Shown here: in pieces, positions 37,600-47,274 of the stretch | How the letters are laid out: each line of letters starts with the position of its first letter | Numbering within the stretch: position 1 is the first letter of the stretch | Assembly (NCBI GenBank): GCA_963827165.1 | Contig: CAWGZR010000005.1 | Coordinates: 736,001 to 800,000, forward strand | Length of the DNA: 64,000 bases | Reading direction: 5' to 3' | Source: Candidatus Bathyarchaeota archaeon | GTDB lineage: Archaea > Thermoproteota > Bathyarchaeia > Bathyarchaeales > Bathycorpusculaceae | Notes under the pieces: generated by a model | The model's input: the letters and a program-made list of their open reading frames with translations, nothing else | Told to the model about the DNA's origin: nothing | Database searches by the model: none | Program-made: the position numbers and the translations under genes

Positions 37600-37956
37600 T
37601 TATGGTTTTCTTCTTATCAATAGCAGATAGATTGCGAAGACCCATGTAAGCAGCAAGTAGCCAAGCAGACTTAAGCCAATAAGAGCGTCGGTGAATCCTG
37701 CTACCACCAAGGTGTAGAGAGAGAAGGTGGTTGCTGCGATGAACAGGATGAATATTAGCCATGGCGCCCAACCGCGTTTTGTGAAAACTCCGTAGGCTAC
37801 GATTAGGCTTAGGATTCCAAGTAGCCCCAGTTGTGGCGCGTAGCTTGCGAAGGGCAGGGAAACAAGAAGAATCAACCCGCTGAGTACGTAGAAGGCTAAT
37901 GATAGCAGTTCGATGCGGTTGAAGTTTTTCAGTCTAGACGCTAAAGCTAAAGTCAC
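37600..37956 (-). CDS. Small four-helix membrane protein of unknown function
   Basis: 118 aa, four hydrophobic segments. Confidence 0.6.
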   Translation of the reverse strand: MTLALASRLKNFNRIELLSLAFYVLSGLILLVSLPFASYAPQLGLLGILSLIVAYGVFTKRGWAPWLIFILFIAATTFSLYTLVVAGFTDALIGLSLLGYLLLTWVFAIYLLLIRRKP

Positions 37957-38218
37957 TTTTTGCTCGCCTTTACCTTATGCATTAAGGGTATAACTAATAA
38001 GTTTTTGCGGTATACAACAAGGGCCTAACAGGCTTTTTCCTTCTGCAAATAACCTTTCCGCTGTTGAACCCACTGGCTTATTACTTTCCTCAAGGAACAA
38101 GGTTTTCCCCTCCAAGAGCGCCGTCTTTCCCCATTTGTGAGATACGAGTTTTTGCAACAGCGAAAAGGTTTAGAACCTGCCTATCAGAAGATAAGCCTAC
38201 ACGAGGCATGATTGTTGC

Positions 38219-39121
38219 ATGAGTTACATTGAATTGTTCGCTTCACAAACCAACGTTTTCAGCGGCGTTCAGAAACCTCTTAAAGAGGCGAAATACGTTG
38301 TTTTCGGGGTGCCCTTCGACACAACTAGCTCTTACCGCAACGGTGCAAGGTTTGCTCCATCCGCGATTCGGCAGGCGTCTTTGAACATTGAAACGTATAG
38401 TTTCCGCAGCGGGGTTGACGTTGAGGATTTGGCTTTGTATGACGCTGGCGACTTGGATGTTTCACTAGAAGCTGCGAAGACGGTTGACATGACGCGCCTT
38501 GTGGTTGATGAGATTTTGGCCGCTGGCAAGGTACCCGTGGCTCTAGGCGGCGAACACACGATTACGCTTGGAGCAGTGAAGGGCTTAGGATCAAAAGCGG
38601 GAAAAACCGCGATAGTCAGCTTCGATGCCCATCTGGATTTACGCTGCGAATTTCTTGGATCCTCACTGTCCCACACTACGTTTATGCAGTTGATAACTGA
38701 GGAGGTTAATCCGGCGAAAATCGTTGAGGTTGGCACGCGTAGCGTCTGCAGAGAAGAGTTGGCTTACGCGAAGAAGGCAGGAATCGAATTTTTCACTTCC
38801 CAAGAAATCCTAAAGCAAGGCTCCTTGATCATCGGAGAACATCTAAAAGAGATGCTTCTGCCTTACGAAAACCTGTATTTGACAGTGGATATGGATGTGC
38901 TTGACCCAGCTTTTGCCCCGGCGGTGCAGAACCCAGAGCCTGAAGGAATCAGCACAACACAACTCATAGACTTAGCTTGTTCCTTATGTGACAAACGGGT
39001 CCTAGGCTTCGACATAGTCGAGATTGTGCCGATTTATGATCAAGGTATCTCCTCGATTGCGGCTGCAAAAGTGGTATACGAAATGCTTTGCCAACTGGAA
39101 AAATCACGAAGAATTAAGTAG
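38219..39121 (+). CDS. speB: Agmatinase
   Basis: GGEHTIT, DAHLD and DMDVLDP..AP ureohydrolase motifs. Confidence 0.9.
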   Translation: MSYIELFASQTNVFSGVQKPLKEAKYVVFGVPFDTTSSYRNGARFAPSAIRQASLNIETYSFRSGVDVEDLALYDAGDLDVSLEAAKTVDMTRLVVDEILAAGKVPVALGGEHTITLGAVKGLGSKAGKTAIVSFDAHLDLRCEFLGSSLSHTTFMQLITEEVNPAKIVEVGTRSVCREELAYAKKAGIEFFTSQEILKQGSLIIGEHLKEMLLPYENLYLTVDMDVLDPAFAPAVQNPEPEGISTTQLIDLACSLCDKRVLGFDIVEIVPIYDQGISSIAAAKVVYEMLCQLEKSRRIK

Positions 39122-39145
39122 ATTCCCGATTTTAAAAAATCGGTA

Positions 39146-39727
39146 TCAACCCAAGTTCTTAGGTGTTAAGATTTTGTTAGCCAATTCTTCCGTCCATTAT
39201 CGGATGGCATTGCAATCCCGAGTATCGTAGATTCCCGGTTCCGCTTCTTTGTAGGCCGCGGCTACTCTTGGTCTGTCCATCGCCATGGCTTTTTTAGCGT
39301 ACCATGGCACGTCGTTGTAGTTGTAGACTCCTCCGAAAAGCCCCAATGCAACAGGATGCAGATTGTACTTAGCTGATTTTTCTTCCAGATATTTCCGTCT
39401 AGCGTTTTCGGCGGCTTCGGGTTTGCTATTGTCGGTGGCTGAGCCACAGCAGACGAAAAGCGCCAGTTTCTTGTTTGCAAGTTCTTTTTGGTGTTTTTTA
39501 AGGAAGTCTTCTGGCTCGCTGGTCCACCGATGCATTTGAATGCCGCTACCGACAACTACGAGGCCGTATTGGTTTATTTCTTTGATTTTCTGTTCCTTAG
39601 CGTTCACTACATCGACGTCTAGGTTTTTTTGCCGCAGAATGTTCGCGATTTCCTCAGATGTGCTGGCCGTTGCGCCATATTGGGTTCCGTAAACTATCAA
39701 TGCCTTACTCACTGTTTTCCCCTCCAT
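39146..39727 (-). pseudogene. Flavodoxin-like (Flavodoxin_5/HemG-type) protein with premature stop near the C-terminus
   Basis: YGTQYGAT FMN loop and LVVVGSGI. ...DTRDCNAIR*(TAA 39197-39199) is followed in frame by WTEELANKILTPKNLG*. Confidence 0.7.
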
Positions 39728-40475
39728 TTACGTGGTGTGTTCGGGTTAGTTGGTACAGTTTTACTCCTATTAGGAGATGCCAAACCATCAAGAGTAAGCC
39801 TGCTCCTCCTATGAACAAGCTGGACCAAACGTAAAAGCCTGCCGCCGGCGCAAATCTCAAGCCCGCCAGATAAGCAAAATCGAAGGTGCCCGCTACGATT
39901 CCAATAAGTGCGGTTGCTTTGTTGAAGATTTTGCTCTTCGACATGACAGCTGATATTATTAGACCCGCGAAGGCGATGAGGAAAAGGCTGATGAGACCTC
40001 CAGCCCCCTGGTAGCCCGCGCCAGGAACACCCTTCGCTAAAACGGACTGTCCCGTAAGCAGCAAAGCTGATTTCTGCGCCTCAATTGTTGCTGAGGCATA
40101 TTGGCTGCTGAGGGAAGCCATATTGAAAGCTGTGTCTGACACAACGTAAACTAAATTGCCGACAAAACACATCAAAGCGGCGGCGAATGCGGCAGTTTTG
40201 CAGTTTTTCCTGAGCACAACATAGAGGGCGAGAAACATAAGGCTGACCATCGCGTAGTTGATTATATCAAAGAAATTGAGGAAAATGACTCCTAGCAAAC
40301 GATCTTTCTGCAGGAGCATGAACCAGCCATCCGCTGTCGTCGGCGCTGACCCGACGAATATTGTAGCTTCTGCGGCTAGATTTCTCCTGAAAACGAATCC
40401 AGCAATGAATGCAGCTACTGCACCAATCCGGATAAGCCGCCGCCAAGGTGGCTTGATATATGATGATTCAATCAT
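39705..40475 (-). CDS. DUF4386-like multi-pass membrane protein
   Basis: About 6 TM helices; SLSSQYA.A motif. Confidence 0.6.
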   Translation of the reverse strand: MIESSYIKPPWRRLIRIGAVAAFIAGFVFRRNLAAEATIFVGSAPTTADGWFMLLQKDRLLGVIFLNFFDIINYAMVSLMFLALYVVLRKNCKTAAFAAALMCFVGNLVYVVSDTAFNMASLSSQYASATIEAQKSALLLTGQSVLAKGVPGAGYQGAGGLISLFLIAFAGLIISAVMSKSKIFNKATALIGIVAGTFDFAYLAGLRFAPAAGFYVWSSLFIGGAGLLLMVWHLLIGVKLYQLTRTHHVNGGENSE

Positions 40476-40477
40476 GA

Positions 40478-40726
40478 TTAGTCGTCCCCTTCTGCCATTT
40501 GCCCGTTTGAACTAGAGATTTTGTCCATTCCAAGGTTGATTCTCAAGGCGCCATTTTTGCCGATAACTTCTAGAATTCCATCTTTCTTGAAAGCAGCAGC
40601 CACCAACTCGCCCAAAGTGCCTTCAAGCAGCACCGCGTCGCTGGAACAGTTGCTCATGGTCACGTTTTTGAGGTTTTTCTTCGATTCGAGTTCAATGGAG
40701 AAAAACCGTTGTCTGTGATTCTGCAT
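40478..40726 (-). CDS. Small hypothetical protein
   Basis: 82 aa, beta-rich; GAGG RBS upstream; first gene of a 3-gene minus-strand unit. Confidence 0.6.
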   Translation of the reverse strand: MQNHRQRFFSIELESKKNLKNVTMSNCSSDAVLLEGTLGELVAAAFKKDGILEVIGKNGALRINLGMDKISSSNGQMAEGDD

Positions 40727-40835
40727 TTTTATTTGCCTCGATTCTACTGAAGAGTCGGCGAATTGTGATTAGTTTTATTTGATTCTGATGCTAAGAAGTA
40801 AGCATTGGAGTCAAAACTTTAGGGGCGAAAGAAAA

Positions 40836-41579
40836 TTGGTGGAAGCATCTGGGTTGGAAAAGCTGTTCTTTGAGTTGGCAAGCGAAAGCCGCCTTGGCAT
40901 ACTGCGTGAGCTTCAGAGGGAAAATTTGAAGATGCAGGAAATCGCTCGCCGACTTGATGTTACGCCGACTGAGGCTTTTCGGCAGTTAGAGCGACTTAGC
41001 GCAGCCATGTTGGTTCAGAGGCAGCCCGACGGCGCCTTCATGTTGGCCGAATATGGGAAAGTTGTGCTTCAGATTTCGACTTCGCTGGATTTTCTCTCCA
41101 AACATAAAGAGTACTTTTCGACTCACGATTTGATGATGCTTCCCCGTCAGTTCATAAACAGAGTGGGCGAGCTTGCGGGGGCAAAGTTAGAGATGGATAC
41201 GATTGAAAGCCTCAACAAAGGTGCAAAGTGGTTTACTGAAGCCAAACAATACGCTTATGGTATGGGCGAAGGCACAATCCCAGCACAGATGATTCCCGTC
41301 ATGAATCAGCAAGCTCAACGCGGACTCCAGATCAAAATGATGATCCCCGCAGAAATCCTGCCTGCCGCAAAACAACCAGGAACACCGAAAAACGTGGAAA
41401 TTCGAGGCTTATCCCGCATCCCAGGAATTATCGCCCTGAACGAGGAGATGGCTGGCATCTGCTTCCGACAACTTGGTGGGCGAATTGATTATGCGGGCTT
41501 CTTTGGAAGTGACTTCGACTTCCGCAACTGGGTTGAAGATCTGTTCACGTATTATTGGAATAAAGGAGAAAGGGCATAG
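40836..41579 (+). CDS. ArsR-like winged-helix transcriptional regulator (DUF1724-type C-terminal domain)
   Basis: LASESRL.IL, HTH (MQEIARRL..T..EAFRQL.RL) and C-terminal W..DLF.YYW. Divergent from the preceding operon. Confidence 0.82.
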   Translation: MVEASGLEKLFFELASESRLGILRELQRENLKMQEIARRLDVTPTEAFRQLERLSAAMLVQRQPDGAFMLAEYGKVVLQISTSLDFLSKHKEYFSTHDLMMLPRQFINRVGELAGAKLEMDTIESLNKGAKWFTEAKQYAYGMGEGTIPAQMIPVMNQQAQRGLQIKMMIPAEILPAAKQPGTPKNVEIRGLSRIPGIIALNEEMAGICFRQLGGRIDYAGFFGSDFDFRNWVEDLFTYYWNKGERA

Positions 41580-41594
41580 TTTGGGTGTGTCGTC

Positions 41595-42161
41595 TTGTCG
41601 TCGGAATTGACTGTTTTCACGATTGGGCATTCGACCCGAACCGTGGACGAATTCATAGGGCTCCTCAAAACTTACGGTGTGGCCTTGGTGGTGGATGTGC
41701 GGACGGTTCCTCGTAGCAGGCACAACCCGCAGTTCAACAAGGAAACTCTTCCCGCCAGCCTCAAACCATTTGGCATACGCTACATTCATATGCCAGAAAT
41801 CGGCGGTTTACGCAGACCCAAACACGACTCCGTTAACCTCGCTTGGAAAAACATGGGTTTCCGAGGCTACGCCGACTACATGCAAACCAAAGAATTCACC
41901 GATAACTTGCTAAAAATCGTCGCTCTTTCTCGGGAAAATTGCTTGGCATTGATGTGCGCTGAAGCCTTGCCCTGGCGCTGCCACAGAAGCCTTATCTCCG
42001 ACGCCCTCGTAGTACGGCACATAAAAGTGCAGCACATAATAACCGCAACCAGTCTCATCAGCCACAAAATTTGCGAGATGGCACGGGTTGAAGGAATAAA
42101 AATAACCTATCCATTATTTACCCAAGAAACACCGCAAAGAACTCTGAGCGATTTCAGTTAG
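41595..42161 (+). CDS. DUF488 family protein
   Basis: TIGHS, DVR..P.SR, GG.R and MCAE..PWRCHR motifs. Confidence 0.88.
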   Translation: MSSELTVFTIGHSTRTVDEFIGLLKTYGVALVVDVRTVPRSRHNPQFNKETLPASLKPFGIRYIHMPEIGGLRRPKHDSVNLAWKNMGFRGYADYMQTKEFTDNLLKIVALSRENCLALMCAEALPWRCHRSLISDALVVRHIKVQHIITATSLISHKICEMARVEGIKITYPLFTQETPQRTLSDFS

Positions 42162-42310
42162 GAATAAATCTTACTTGCCAAAACTTTTATGCTTACCATT
42201 TCGGTAGTGAGAGGCGTCGTCATTACATTTTTGGTGATTCACGAGAAATGGAACCTTTTTGAGGATTTCTGACATGATTTAACCAAAAAAGACTTTATGC
42301 AAACATTTTT

Positions 42311-43654
42311 TTAGTTTCTTCTAAGTTTTGCTATGAAAAATCCGTTGCACTGGTGAAGGTGCGGATAAAGCCGTTGGCACTGGCTTAGCCCACGCAACCC
42401 TGGCAACCCAAGTTCAGGTTTGATTTCCGTCAAGGTAAATTCTGAGTGATCCTTCAGGAACCGCTCAATAATCATTTCGTTTTCTTCAACAGTTACGCTG
42501 CAGGTCGAGTAAATCATAACGCCGCCAGCCGCCACTTTTTCCGCGCATCTGTTAATCATTTGCCACTGGATATCTGACATCTTGCTGATCGACTTCGGAG
42601 TAATGCGCCATTTTGCCGAGGGCTGCTTTGCAAAGATGCCTGTACCCGTGCACGGCGGATCTAAAACCACTAAATCCGCATTCTCCACCAAGGGCAGGGA
42701 GGCGCATGCATCGGCAATAATCGGTTCGGCAATCTGGGTTCCCATGCGGCTTGTTTCTCGCTTCCACGTTTTCATCCTTCGCTCCGAGAAATCCACGGAG
42801 TAAATCGCGCCGCTGTTTTGCATTAGTTGGGCTAAATATGTAGTTTTTGCGCCTGGAGCAGCGCATACGTCGAAAACGGTGCTGCCTTCCTTGGGGTTGG
42901 CGGCTTGTGTGGCGAAGCAGCTTGCCTTATCCTGGACATAGAATAATCCTTCTTTGTAGCTATCTAAACTGTTTAGCGGCTGCTTGGTCTCTTGAACTTT
43001 GTATGTATATTTGATTGGCAGCTGCTCCAGTTTTACTCCTTCGGAGCCTAGTTTTTGTACTATTGTCTCTTCTGTTGCGGCTAAAGTGTTAACTCGAACG
43101 TAAGTGGGGGGCGTGTTCATGCTTCCCTGCAGAAACGCTATTGCTTCGTTGCGTCCCATCAAGTTGAAGCAGTATCTCACGAACCATGCAGGGTGGAAAG
43201 TTTCTAAGCTGATCCGTTCTTCGTCGTTTGCCTCTTCCAGAATGGGTTGAAGTTGGCGCGTCAGCAGAAATCCAAGGAACTGTTCGACTTCCCGCAGGGT
43301 TTCCCATCCCAAAATCGCTCTGCCCATGCTAGCGATGTGTTGTGCCTCTTGAAAATTGATTTTTCCCCAGTTCTTAGCGACGCGTGTCTGGTAAACGTAA
43401 AGGCGAAGAAACGATTGGATGCCCAGGTTGTACTCGCTGATTTTTTTGGGCGCCACTACAATGTTCACGAGTTTGTCTATGAGGTTTCGGCGGCGTGTGG
43501 TTTCAACTACGAGTCCGTAGGCGTAGCGTATGGCGTTCGCGTCTTTTATGCCAAGTTGATCGATGGTTCTTGCCAACGCTAAGTGCTCGCTTAGTTTCTG
43601 CATTTCCATCCAGCTAAGTGTTTCAATAGCGACTGTCCAAGCATCCTTCAACAA
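42311..43654 (-). CDS. RsmB/NOL1/NOP2/Sun RNA cytosine-C5 methyltransferase
   Basis: RVNTL, QDKAS, DVCAAPGAKT, DPPCTG, YSTCS..EENE and GFFIA motifs. Confidence 0.93.
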   Translation of the reverse strand: MLKDAWTVAIETLSWMEMQKLSEHLALARTIDQLGIKDANAIRYAYGLVVETTRRRNLIDKLVNIVVAPKKISEYNLGIQSFLRLYVYQTRVAKNWGKINFQEAQHIASMGRAILGWETLREVEQFLGFLLTRQLQPILEEANDEERISLETFHPAWFVRYCFNLMGRNEAIAFLQGSMNTPPTYVRVNTLAATEETIVQKLGSEGVKLEQLPIKYTYKVQETKQPLNSLDSYKEGLFYVQDKASCFATQAANPKEGSTVFDVCAAPGAKTTYLAQLMQNSGAIYSVDFSERRMKTWKRETSRMGTQIAEPIIADACASLPLVENADLVVLDPPCTGTGIFAKQPSAKWRITPKSISKMSDIQWQMINRCAEKVAAGGVMIYSTCSVTVEENEMIIERFLKDHSEFTLTEIKPELGLPGLRGLSQCQRLYPHLHQCNGFFIAKLRRN

Positions 43655-43899
43655 ATCAGTTCACGTGTATGACATGATGAAGCGCCTATAAAAAAGAATT
43701 CAAGTCGCTTGAGCAAACTGATTGACGGCTTGGCGAACAGTTTCTATTTGAAGGTTCTATCTACAGAGTGATCGTCTTTTTGTATATTCAATTGACCCTA
43801 TACCCATCTTGGTAACAATTTTGAAAAAGTTCAGCCGTCAAACAGGCTAATTTCGTTCAGAGATACCGCGCAAAAAAAGAAAATTAAAAAGAGGCTGGT

Positions 43900-44331
43900 T
43901 TAACCACCTTGAGTGGCTTTGAATGATATTGCGCCTTCTAAGAATATGTAGGACAGAAGCAGAAACGCCACGCCTATTATGAGCAACATGTAGGCTTGCC
44001 TTGGCTTGTAGGCGCTTTTTGTGCTTTGGTAAATTGCGAAGAGACCAACGAATCCAAAAGCGTACAGTATACATGAGATTATTGTGTCGGAGATGAATTG
44101 TCCGCTGACGCTTGGGTACAAGAAGTAGATTGTGGTGGTTCCTAAATAGGCTGGAGCGGGATGTGTGATTAAAGTGTACAAGCCGCCGCCGAATAGGAAA
44201 ATTGCGTAGCCGACTCCGACGATAGTTAGTATTAGTGAAACGGGAGTTGTTGTTGAGACTCTTTGGAACCAGCGACTCAGCGAAAAGGATACGTCTGAAG
44301 ACCGCTTCTTGATTTTACTTGACATTTCCAT
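43900..44331 (-). CDS. OST3/OST6-family (OSTC/DC2-like) oligosaccharyltransferase accessory subunit homolog
   Basis: 3 TM helices. FLFGGGLY...P, FL...SGQF..D and LLIIG...LLS follow the DC2/OSTC pattern. Confidence 0.65.
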   Translation of the reverse strand: MEMSSKIKKRSSDVSFSLSRWFQRVSTTTPVSLILTIVGVGYAIFLFGGGLYTLITHPAPAYLGTTTIYFLYPSVSGQFISDTIISCILYAFGFVGLFAIYQSTKSAYKPRQAYMLLIIGVAFLLLSYIFLEGAISFKATQGG

Positions 44332-44539
44332 TCCCTTCCTTGATTAGTTGCTTTACCACTTCTTTAGCCGCCTCTCCAGTTAATGAATTTTTCTGAATCT
44401 CAACTAGATACTCCATCCAAACCAGCTCAGAAGCCTTGTGCCACACGTCAAATTTCTCTAGAATATTGCGGTAAGCTCTTAGATGCAATATGCAAAAACC
44501 GTCCTCCTTCGCTTCCCGGCTGCAAATCTTGCATGTCAC
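44315..44539 (-). CDS. Small Cys/His metal-binding hypothetical protein
   Basis: CKIC...CILH. GTG at 44539 overlaps the topA stop (GTGA). Confidence 0.65.
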   Translation of the reverse strand: MTCKICSREAKEDGFCILHLRAYRNILEKFDVWHKASELVWMEYLVEIQKNSLTGEAAKEVVKQLIKEGNGNVK

Positions 44540-46611
44540 TCTTTTCTCTCTCCTTTCGCGGGGCAATTAGGGTTTAAACATAGTTTCCAGGAATGCCTTC
44601 CTCTTAGCCACACATTAATCACTGGGTAGCCGCAGCTTTTGCAGGGACTTTTCAAAGGCTTTAGCGGGCCCCTTTGAGGCAGCGGAAAAGTAACGTTACA
44701 TTTACCTTTGAAATAGTTTGTGCAACCCACAAACCGTTTGCCGGTTTTTTGGGAACGCAAAATGACCAGTTTCCCATCTCCGCATTTTGGGCACTCTCCA
44801 ACGGTCCTTTCTTCAAGCCGAGCTTTCTGCAAAGTTTCACTTAACTGTTGACCGATGGCCAACTCGTTTTCCGAAAGTGCAGATATCACTGGCTTCAAAA
44901 TGGAAACAGCGTTATGCAACATGGTGTCCTTCGTTTCTTTGCCTTCTTGGATATCTGCCATTTCTTGCTCAATATTTCTAGTCATTTCAGGTGAAACAAC
45001 CGTGGGGCAATAATTTGTTAGGATTTCAGCAACTTCAAAGCCAAGTTCTGAAACGGCCATATTTCCCGTTCCGAACACGTATTTGCGGTCTTGCAGTGTC
45101 TGTATTGTTGCTGCTCTAGTGGCTTTGGTTCCAATGTTTTCTTTCTCCATTTTCAAAAGCAGACTGCGGGGGTTGTACCTTGGCTGCGGCTTGGTAAAAT
45201 TATTTTTTAGAACCATCCGTTGAACTGCTACCGTTTGGCCCTGGTTTAGAGGCGGCAAAACCACGTCTTTCACTTGGGCATAAGGTTCGTACAGTCGAAT
45301 CCAACCTTTGCGCAGAGTCCGCACTCCGTTCAGGCTAAACTTGTTTCCGTTGACCAGTAGGGTTGCCTTTACGCTTTCCCTCACCGCGGGTTCGCCGAAA
45401 ACAGCGAGAAACCTGCGCACTATGAGGTCAAAAATGTTTCTTTCAGCGTTACCCAGTGGTTTTTCCTGGATGTTTCCAGTTGGGTAAATCGCAGGATGCG
45501 CAGAGTCGATTTTTTCGCCCTCACTTGGCGTTAAAACTGGCTTTGCAAGCAGCTCAGCTGCTGGTTTGGCGTAAATGGGAATCTTAGCAAGCTTTTGCAG
45601 TATGGTTTTGTACCCTATTGCCGCCGGAAGTTTTTGGCTACTCGTTCTTGGGTAAGAGATCAACGCGTCCAGATAAAGGCGTTGAGCAATGCTTGAAGTC
45701 TGCATCGGTGTATTCCTGAAAATCCGGTACGCTTCACTTTGCAACGACCCCAAGTCAAAGGGGAAAGGCTGATTGACTAAAAAGTTCTCTATTGTCATCG
45801 ATTCAACTTCGCCTTTCCCGTTTTTGCTTTCAGCTACAACTCGCTTAGCTTCCTGCTTGCTCTCAAGGACTCTTTCGTATTCTGCTTCATAAAACGCCTC
45901 GCCAATGCTTATTTTGGCTGTCAGGGTCCAATATGGGGTAGGCACAAAGCATAAAATTGATTTTTCACGTTCTTCAACAAACTTTAAGGTTGGTCCCTGC
46001 ACTCGTCCAGTGCTGAGAACTGCGTATTGCCCGCTGCTTTTTTTCACGGCTGACGTCAACGCTCTTGAAAGGTTAATGCCGTAAAGCCAATCGACCTCGT
46101 GCCTAGCCAATCCAGCTTGAACCAGAGCAAAATCAAGATGGGGCAGCAAGTTGCGGAAAGATTTCTGCAGCTCTTCTCGTGTAAGCGTTGAGTACTTCAT
46201 TCGTTTGGCAGTTTGCTCTTTGCCGCCACAAGCGAATTTTAGTATGCAGTAGCCTATGAGGCTGCCTTCAAGATCAAAGTCACATGCATCAACGAAGCCA
46301 TCGGCACCATCGGCAAGCCTAGAAATAACCTTCAGCCAAACACGAATTCTGGACGCCCCTCTCTCAGCTAGGTGCCTGGGAACCCATTCATAGTCGAAAA
46401 CAGGGAATTCACTTTGAGGTTTCTTTTTGCTTGCCACAGTGTAAAGATGCCCAAGAGCTGGAACAACAACCAAGTCTCCCCCGCGATAAGCCTGATAATA
46501 TGGAACGCCGCAGTCAACATTTCTTTTCCCCTTTCCATCAACATCCAAAGCTGCAGCAATCCTGCTGGCTGCATCAGGCTTCTCAGTAATAATCAACGTG
46601 TACTTTCCCAA
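44536..46611 (-). CDS. topA: Type IA DNA topoisomerase
   Basis: EKP, GHL, D.D.EG TOPRIM, GRVQGPTL, ISYPRT (catalytic Tyr) and GTKATR motifs; C-terminal Zn ribbons. Confidence 0.95.
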   Translation of the reverse strand: MGKYTLIITEKPDAASRIAAALDVDGKGKRNVDCGVPYYQAYRGGDLVVVPALGHLYTVASKKKPQSEFPVFDYEWVPRHLAERGASRIRVWLKVISRLADGADGFVDACDFDLEGSLIGYCILKFACGGKEQTAKRMKYSTLTREELQKSFRNLLPHLDFALVQAGLARHEVDWLYGINLSRALTSAVKKSSGQYAVLSTGRVQGPTLKFVEEREKSILCFVPTPYWTLTAKISIGEAFYEAEYERVLESKQEAKRVVAESKNGKGEVESMTIENFLVNQPFPFDLGSLQSEAYRIFRNTPMQTSSIAQRLYLDALISYPRTSSQKLPAAIGYKTILQKLAKIPIYAKPAAELLAKPVLTPSEGEKIDSAHPAIYPTGNIQEKPLGNAERNIFDLIVRRFLAVFGEPAVRESVKATLLVNGNKFSLNGVRTLRKGWIRLYEPYAQVKDVVLPPLNQGQTVAVQRMVLKNNFTKPQPRYNPRSLLLKMEKENIGTKATRAATIQTLQDRKYVFGTGNMAVSELGFEVAEILTNYCPTVVSPEMTRNIEQEMADIQEGKETKDTMLHNAVSILKPVISALSENELAIGQQLSETLQKARLEERTVGECPKCGDGKLVILRSQKTGKRFVGCTNYFKGKCNVTFPLPQRGPLKPLKSPCKSCGYPVINVWLRGRHSWKLCLNPNCPAKGERKE

Positions 46612-46762
46612 GACAGTTTAACCCGCAGCTAACTATCACAAAACATCCATTCTTAAAATAAAGGTTTGCAATGCAAGCACCAAACCCTCAACAATCTCTA
46701 CGGGATTCTTTGTTAAGCAACCAATAAATAATCCATGGCCCTGTAATAGATGGGGAATTGGG

Positions 46763-46933
46763 ATGCCGCAACGTGTTATCTGCCATGGTTGCAACCATGT
46801 TTTATATGAAGGCTCTGAGTTAAAACCGCCGGATGAAATTATTACGCAAAACGGCGGAAAATGCCCAAAATGCAATCGAAAACTCTCTCTGTTACCTATA
46901 GACGTCGAAGTAAAACCCCTAAGTAAACGCTGA
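46763..46933 (+). CDS. 56-aa zinc-ribbon microprotein (not in the ORF track)
   Basis: MPQRVICHGCNHVLYEGSELKPPDEIITQNGGKCPKCNRKLSLLPIDVEVKPLSKR*; two CxxC motifs. Confidence 0.8.
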   Translation: MPQRVICHGCNHVLYEGSELKPPDEIITQNGGKCPKCNRKLSLLPIDVEVKPLSKR

Positions 46934-47274
46934 CAAGACGAAAACAACTCGCATTTTCTTGCCGGACAAAATTAATTAGGCAAAACTGCCTTGGCTGCGG
47001 AAAAATTTTTTTTTGACTAATGGAAAAAAAGATTGCTTCAAGTTCTCCTTCACTTTTCGACGCAGGTTTTCTAAGATCTTAACGGCATTTAAGTCGTTCT
47101 TGATTAAGAAATCAGCGTTTAACTTAGTCTTTTGTTTACTTTGCAAATTCAATGACACGGGTAGCTTCGACAATCCATGCTTGAACATTTTGGAAAGCCA
47201 TAAATAAACCTCTAAAGTGTATAAGTTAAGAATTAACAATTGAATAACCAATCGCTACAGTGAGGATGGCTTAA

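Noticed and set aside
37975-38157. 60-aa ORF between the membrane-protein gene and speB
   Set aside because: No motif; lies in a divergent promoter region, so it cannot be supported.
42180-42255. Orphan TATA followed by a possible stem (CCATTTC...GAAATGG)
   Set aside because: A 7-bp stem between convergent genes can arise by chance; no tRNA or known RNA features.
46636-47251. ORF-track calls 46636-46947, 46976-47251 and 47013-47207
   Set aside because: Antisense shadow of the Zn-ribbon gene, or AT-rich intergenic frames without motifs.
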